Of a stretch of DNA of 64,000 nucleotides, positions 59,934-64,000 are shown one piece after another (the stretch's first letter is position 1; every line of letters starts with the position of its first letter). The stretch covers positions 199,592 through 263,591 of the forward strand of contig CAWJWO010000002.1 in the NCBI GenBank assembly GCA_963846585.1, written 5' to 3'. Below the pieces are notes generated by a model. The model searched no databases and had not been told where the DNA came from. It saw nothing but the letters and a program-made list of their open reading frames with translations. This stretch comes from an uncultured Bacteroidota bacterium (GTDB lineage: Bacteria > Bacteroidota > Bacteroidia > Bacteroidales > JAAUTT01). Position numbers and translations under genes: made by a program.

Positions 59934-61847
59934 TCGAGTAGGAGAAACGGGATTAATTCCCGTTTCGACCTCTCACACCACCGTACGTACCGTTCGGTAT
60001 ACGGCGGTTTCTTAATTTACACAGTGTACTTTCACGTAATAGGCAGAGAAGAAAATAAATCCTGTACTCAAAAGCCTTTCAGTAGTTATGCTTCTATGCA
60101 GTATAGGACTATCGGCAGTATGCCAGTATCCTTTCCTTGTATTGGCAAACACAAAGGCTTTAGGTCTGGGAATACCAAGTTTAATCAGGTTGCTAATTTT
60201 GGTTCTGGTACGTTTCCATTGTTTCCATATCAGTGCCCTTAATCGTCGCCTAAACCATTCATCAATACGTAATAGAAGAATTTTCATGTCTGCAAGTTTG
60301 AAGTAGTTCAACCATCCTGTGATGTACTGTTTAAGTGCTTCTTTCCTGCGTTCATTTCCCCACCCGTTACTTCTTGATGTTAGTTCCCTGATTTTCCCTT
60401 TCATTTTCTCCACACTCTTTTGGTGAATGCGGATATGGCAACTATCTTTGGTAAAGTAAAACCCATACCCTAAGAATTTAACGTCTTTAATATGGGCTAC
60501 TACCGTTTTATCGCGATTTACTTTTAGGTACAATTTTTCTTCTATGTATTTTGTGATTCCAGAGAGTATCCTTTGGGATGCTCGTCTGCTTCTGCAAAAT
60601 ATCATACAATCATCGGCGTACCTTACAAACCTGTGCCCCCGCTTTTCCAGTTCCTTATCCAGTTCGTTGAGCATTATGTTGCTCAATAACGGACTTAGGT
60701 TGCCTCCCTGCGGTACTCCCATTGGTGTATCTTTATATACACCTTGTGTCATTACACCTGCTCTAAGGTATTTATGTATTAGCGATACAACTCTGCCATC
60801 TTTTATTGTTCTGGAAAGAACTTCTATAAGTTTACTTTGATTAACTTTATCAAAGAACTTTTCCAAATCCATATCCACTACATACCGATAGCCTTCGTTA
60901 GCATTCTTCTGACATTGCCTTATAGCTTGATGGGCACTGCGCTTTGGTCGGAATCCGTAACTGGTAGCTGAGAATTGTCTTTCGTAAATCGGCGACATTT
61001 GTTGTGCCACTGCTTGCTGGATTACTCTGTCTGCTACCGTGGGGATGCCCAGTTGCCGTTTATTCCCGTTCTCCTTTGGTATTTCTACCCTTCTGACCGG
61101 TTGTGGCATGTACTTCCCCTCGTGTAAAGCTGTTATTAATCCCTCTCTATGGGTTTGAAGGTGTTTTAATAAGTCCTCCATTTGCATCCCATCAACTCCT
61201 CCACTCCCCTTATTCCGCCTTACTTGTTTGTAAGCTTCATTTAGGTTGGTTGGAGATAGAATAAACTCTAACAGCCTTGGCCGTGCTGTGTTGGTGTCTT
61301 CTTTTTCATTCATCCATAAGAATGTCTGCCCTTCAACATCTCCTTCGAGTACCGCTCTATCTATCCGTTGACAGGTGTCATTATCCGTTTTCTGCTTTCC
61401 ATCATTCATAAGGTAAATTTCATTTGATGCTCACCTCTTAAGATTCGGCCCTTCGTTCTTTTGTGAGTCTTCCTCTTTTCTATATCGGCTCGTTACCTTT
61501 AACTACTATGGCCTCTGCTGACTCCTGACAGTAATTGTTATCCGTGTTTCATACTCCGTTTCCGCACGTCTGTCAGGTCTCCCTTGGTAAACTTATTCCC
61601 CTTCATCCCATGTAACCGCTACATTTACACTCCAGTATCCGGGTAGTTATTGGACTTCAATTTGTTTTGCAATCTCGTCCTACTGGATATGCCTGATGTA
61701 GTTCGTATTCCTCGGTTCAGGACTTTGCCTCCAGCTTCCTTCAGATTCCACTTCGCAATGGACACCCTTGCTCTTGGCTAATGGTTGGTAACTACCGACC
61801 CCCATAAAGGACTCTCACCTTCAAGGTAATAGGTGCGCAAGGCGCAC
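59934..61847 (-). mobile_element. Group II intron (~1.9 kb, no endonuclease domain in the IEP; possibly bacterial class C-like).
   Basis: The 5' end is GTGCGCC on the minus strand at 61847. Domain V-like GCCGTATACCGAACGGTACGTACGG lies at ~59980-60010. A domain VI-like hairpin with a bulged A (..CTCCTACTCGAT) ends at ~59934. Contains an RT/maturase ORF. Confidence 0.8.
60012..61409 (-). CDS. Group II intron reverse transcriptase/maturase.
   Basis: RT motifs RRVEIPKENGNKRQLGIPTVADRVIQ, YVVDMDLEKFFD, GVPQGGNLSPLLSN and VRYADDCMIF, plus an X/maturase region. No HNH domain at the C-terminus. Confidence 0.9.
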   Translation of the reverse strand: MNDGKQKTDNDTCQRIDRAVLEGDVEGQTFLWMNEKEDTNTARPRLLEFILSPTNLNEAYKQVRRNKGSGGVDGMQMEDLLKHLQTHREGLITALHEGKYMPQPVRRVEIPKENGNKRQLGIPTVADRVIQQAVAQQMSPIYERQFSATSYGFRPKRSAHQAIRQCQKNANEGYRYVVDMDLEKFFDKVNQSKLIEVLSRTIKDGRVVSLIHKYLRAGVMTQGVYKDTPMGVPQGGNLSPLLSNIMLNELDKELEKRGHRFVRYADDCMIFCRSRRASQRILSGITKYIEEKLYLKVNRDKTVVAHIKDVKFLGYGFYFTKDSCHIRIHQKSVEKMKGKIRELTSRSNGWGNERRKEALKQYITGWLNYFKLADMKILLLRIDEWFRRRLRALIWKQWKRTRTKISNLIKLGIPRPKAFVFANTRKGYWHTADSPILHRSITTERLLSTGFIFFSAYYVKVHCVN

Positions 61848-62148
61848 ACATATTACAAAAATATGAAATTGTGCGGATATTTTAATAGTTATTTATATTA
61901 GTTAATTGATTAATAATCGCCTTAGTAACGCAATCCTTTATACTTATATTAGAATCCAACGATTTTAGTTTAATCTTTTTCATTAACGATTTTGGAATCC
62001 AAACATTCAATTGAACTTCTGCTTCCATATTCCCTACCGGGAATATACGGCGATCCCGTTTTGGAGGTGCTAAAATCGAAAAGCAACCTGACGGTTTTTG
62101 TCTTTTCAATCGTCGCTTATGAAAGTAAACTTTCATCGCTTTATTTAA
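61848..62148. repeat. 301-bp direct repeat, copy B (upstream flank of the intron). Contains the identical 84-aa ORF at 61882-62136.
   Basis: See copy A. Confidence 0.9.
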
Positions 62149-62176
62149 AAGACAAACCCCGCATTCGCGGGGTTGC
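62147..62176 (-). terminator. Rho-independent terminator downstream of tRNA-Ser.
   Basis: Minus strand: AACCCCGCGAATGCGGGGTT followed by TGTCTTTT. Confidence 0.7.
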
Positions 62177-62188
62177 TTTTTCGATTTG

Positions 62189-62276
62189 CGGAGAGTTAGG
62201 GATTCGAACCCTAGAAGCCCTTTTGAAGCTTACACACTTTCCAGGCGTGCGCCTTAGACCACTCGGCCAACTCTCC
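62189..62276 (-). tRNA. tRNA-Ser (anticodon GGA), class II with a long variable arm.
   Basis: Manual fold of GGAGAGTTGGCCGAGTGGTCTAAGGCGCACGCCTGGAAAGTGTGTAAGCTTCAAAAGGGCTTCTAGGGTTCGAATCCCTAACTCTCCG. It has a 7-bp acceptor stem, anticodon stem CACGC/GTGTG, loop CTGGAAA, T-arm TAGGG-TTCGAAT-CCCTA and discriminator G. No encoded CCA. Confidence 0.9.
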
Positions 62277-62280
62277 CTTT

Positions 62281-62560
62281 TAGTTGTTAGTTGCTGGTTG
62301 TTGGTTGTTGGTTGTTAGTTGTTAGTAAAAAGTGATTAAGTTTATAAGGTTTATAAAAGTTTATAAGGTTTATAAAAGTTACCTGAATACCATAAACTTT
62401 ATAAACACTATAAACTTGATAAACAAATAAACGCATAAACCCTAATAAAATCAATTGTAAATTTTCAAATTTGCACATTTTCAAATTTTCAAATTCTTTC
62501 ATCTTTTATCTGTCTTTCTTCTGCCTTCTGTCTTCTGTCTTCTGTTTTCTGTCTTCTTAC
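62281..62560. repeat. Mosaic of five different short tandem repeats between ansA and tRNA-Ser.
   Basis: Blocks: (gttgtta/g)n at ~62281-62327; (gtttataa[a/g])n at ~62339-62385; ataaac-spaced block at ~62395-62450; (attttcaa)n at ~62459-62497; (tcttctg)n at ~62513-62558. Confidence 0.85.
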
Positions 62561-62598
62561 ACTCCTGCCGAAATTACGAAATTATTTCATTTTACCTG

Positions 62599-63639
62599 TC
62601 AATTGACAGTTATTTCTCCGCATATGGAAGTATTAAGCCGGGATATTATTTCATCACGTGATAACTTTTGCCCTAACAGGAACATCAGTTTACTGATTGC
62701 TGCTTCGGTTGTAATATCATACCCGCCAATAACTCCCACTTTTAATAATGCTTCGCTTGTATGATATCTGCCCATTTCAACGCTACCGGTATTGCATTGT
62801 GTTGCATTTAATACTATAACACCTTTCCTGATAATTTCTGCTATTTCATCTATTAACCAGGATTGATTAGGTGCATTGCCCGCTCCGAAAGATTCAAAGA
62901 TAAGGCCTTTCAACCCGGGAGTATGCAATATCGAATAAACAGATTCCTTATTTATTCCCGGAAATATTTTAAGAATTGAAATGTTATTGTCTAATTTGGT
63001 ATGCACCCTGAAAGGCCTTGTTAATGGTACATAACTTATAGCGGCAAAGTTATATTTTATATGCACTCCAACCTGCGCAAGAGGTGGATGGTTGTGCGAA
63101 TGGAATGCATTAAAGAATTCGGCACTGTTTTTTGTTACCCTGTTACCCCTGAATAACCTGTTTTCAAAATAAACACATACTTCAGGCACAACCGGTTCAT
63201 GATTTTGTTCAGCACTTGCAATTTCAATTGCAGTAAGCAGGTTCTCGCGACCATCTGAACGACGAGTTCCGATTGGAAGTTGAGCTCCCGTAAAAATAAC
63301 GGGCTTATGAAGGTTTTCCAGCATAAAACTCAACGCGGATGCTGAATAGGCCATAGTATCAGTACCATGAAGAATAACAAAACCGTTGAACTTTTTATAA
63401 TTATCACTTATAATATTTGCCATTGTTACCCAATCATCAGGAGTTATGTCAGAAGAATCCAGGGGCACATCAAATTGAATTGTTGATATTTTACTGTCAA
63501 AGCGCTTAAGTTCAGGTACTTTAGTTTCAATCAGCTTGAAATTAAAAGGTTCAAATACACCTGTTTCACGATTTTGAACCATACCAATAGTCCCACCTGT
63601 ATATATGATCAGTATTGATTTCCGCTTTTCAGGTTTCAT
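62599..63639 (-). CDS. ansA: L-asparaginase, type I.
   Basis: ILIIYTGGTIGM N-terminal signature, HGTDTMAYSA; 346 aa. Confidence 0.8.
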   Translation of the reverse strand: MKPEKRKSILIIYTGGTIGMVQNRETGVFEPFNFKLIETKVPELKRFDSKISTIQFDVPLDSSDITPDDWVTMANIISDNYKKFNGFVILHGTDTMAYSASALSFMLENLHKPVIFTGAQLPIGTRRSDGRENLLTAIEIASAEQNHEPVVPEVCVYFENRLFRGNRVTKNSAEFFNAFHSHNHPPLAQVGVHIKYNFAAISYVPLTRPFRVHTKLDNNISILKIFPGINKESVYSILHTPGLKGLIFESFGAGNAPNQSWLIDEIAEIIRKGVIVLNATQCNTGSVEMGRYHTSEALLKVGVIGGYDITTEAAISKLMFLLGQKLSRDEIISRLNTSICGEITVN

Positions 63640-63736
63640 AACGTTATGTTTACTAAGTTTCCTTTCAATTTAATTTGAAGAATCTTTATTTAAAGTTCAA
63701 TGGTTGGATCTGGTCAGAGTTTAAATTATATAGCTG

Positions 63737-64000
63737 CTAAAGACTAAATAAATTGGTTGCAGACAAGGTAGTAACCACGGCAATTTCTTCCAGATCAATA
63801 CTTCGTATTTCAGCAATTTTCCCTGCAATTATAGGAATATAGGAACTTTCGTTCCTCTTTCCCCTGTATGGTACAGGTGCCAGATAGGGTGCATCTGTTT
63901 CAAGCAGAATTTTATCGAGAGGAATTTCCCTGACTACTTCACCCAGTCCTGAATTTTTAAATGTAACTATTCCATTTATTCCTATCATAAAACCAAGTTC
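63737..64000 (-). CDS. TatD family hydrolase, C-terminal part (gene continues past the right edge).
   Basis: LLETDAPYLAPVPYRGKRNES is the conserved TatD C-terminal motif. The frame is open to position 64000. Confidence 0.75.
   Translation of the reverse strand, partial: ELGFMIGINGIVTFKNSGLGEVVREIPLDKILLETDAPYLAPVPYRGKRNESSYIPIIAGKIAEIRSIDLEEIAVVTTLSATNLFSL

Noticed and set aside
61992-62764. Plus- and minus-strand ORFs across the tRNA and microsatellite spacer (61992-62318, 62287-62502, 62471-62764).
   Set aside because: They overlap the tRNA antisense strand or consist of translated short tandem repeats. The third is also antisense to ansA.

Overview
AT-rich chromosomal window that looks Bacteroidota-like, judged from lipoprotein-type signal peptides, an IS4-like transposase with a DUF4372-type N-terminus, and many TPR-bearing membrane proteins. 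All domain calls come from motif recognition by eye; no searches were run.

Layout:
(1) 1-9.0 kb: secreted polysaccharide-related genes. These are an SGNH esterase fused to a 270-bp tandem FN3 repeat array, a frameshifted GH5, an IS element, an S41 peptidase and a CBM10-like Cys-rich protein.
(2) 9.1-34.1 kb: a large envelope glycoconjugate locus. It is dominated by paralogous GT-C/TPR membrane glycosyltransferases, two fused membrane/spermidine-synthase-like/TPR proteins, a DprE1-like/DprE2-like/GT2 triad, a B12-radical SAM enzyme and two FKBP lipoproteins.
(3) 34.2-45.7 kb: mostly housekeeping genes (hybrid sensor kinase, tam, arfB, cysK, lactonase, ThuA and others).
(4) 45.8-62.3 kb: an accessory/defence island ending at tRNA-Ser(GGA). 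It holds a truncated gene remnant, a ~303-bp tandem hairpin-repeat array, an Ntn-hydrolase-like gene pair, a degraded three-ORF cassette and a group II intron flanked by 301-bp direct repeats. Its centrepiece is a tightly coupled five-gene type I R-M operon carrying two embedded non-R-M genes: a PIN-like/coiled-coil/2-TM protein and a PD-(D/E)xK protein.
(5) 62.6-64.0 kb: ansA and a partial tatD.

The strongest candidate for an undescribed system is the pair of genes embedded in the type I R-M operon. The second is the GT-C/TPR paralogue locus with a lipid-linked-sugar-epimerase-like triad. Many accessory genes are interrupted by frameshifts in homopolymers or single in-frame stops, so assembly quality should be checked.
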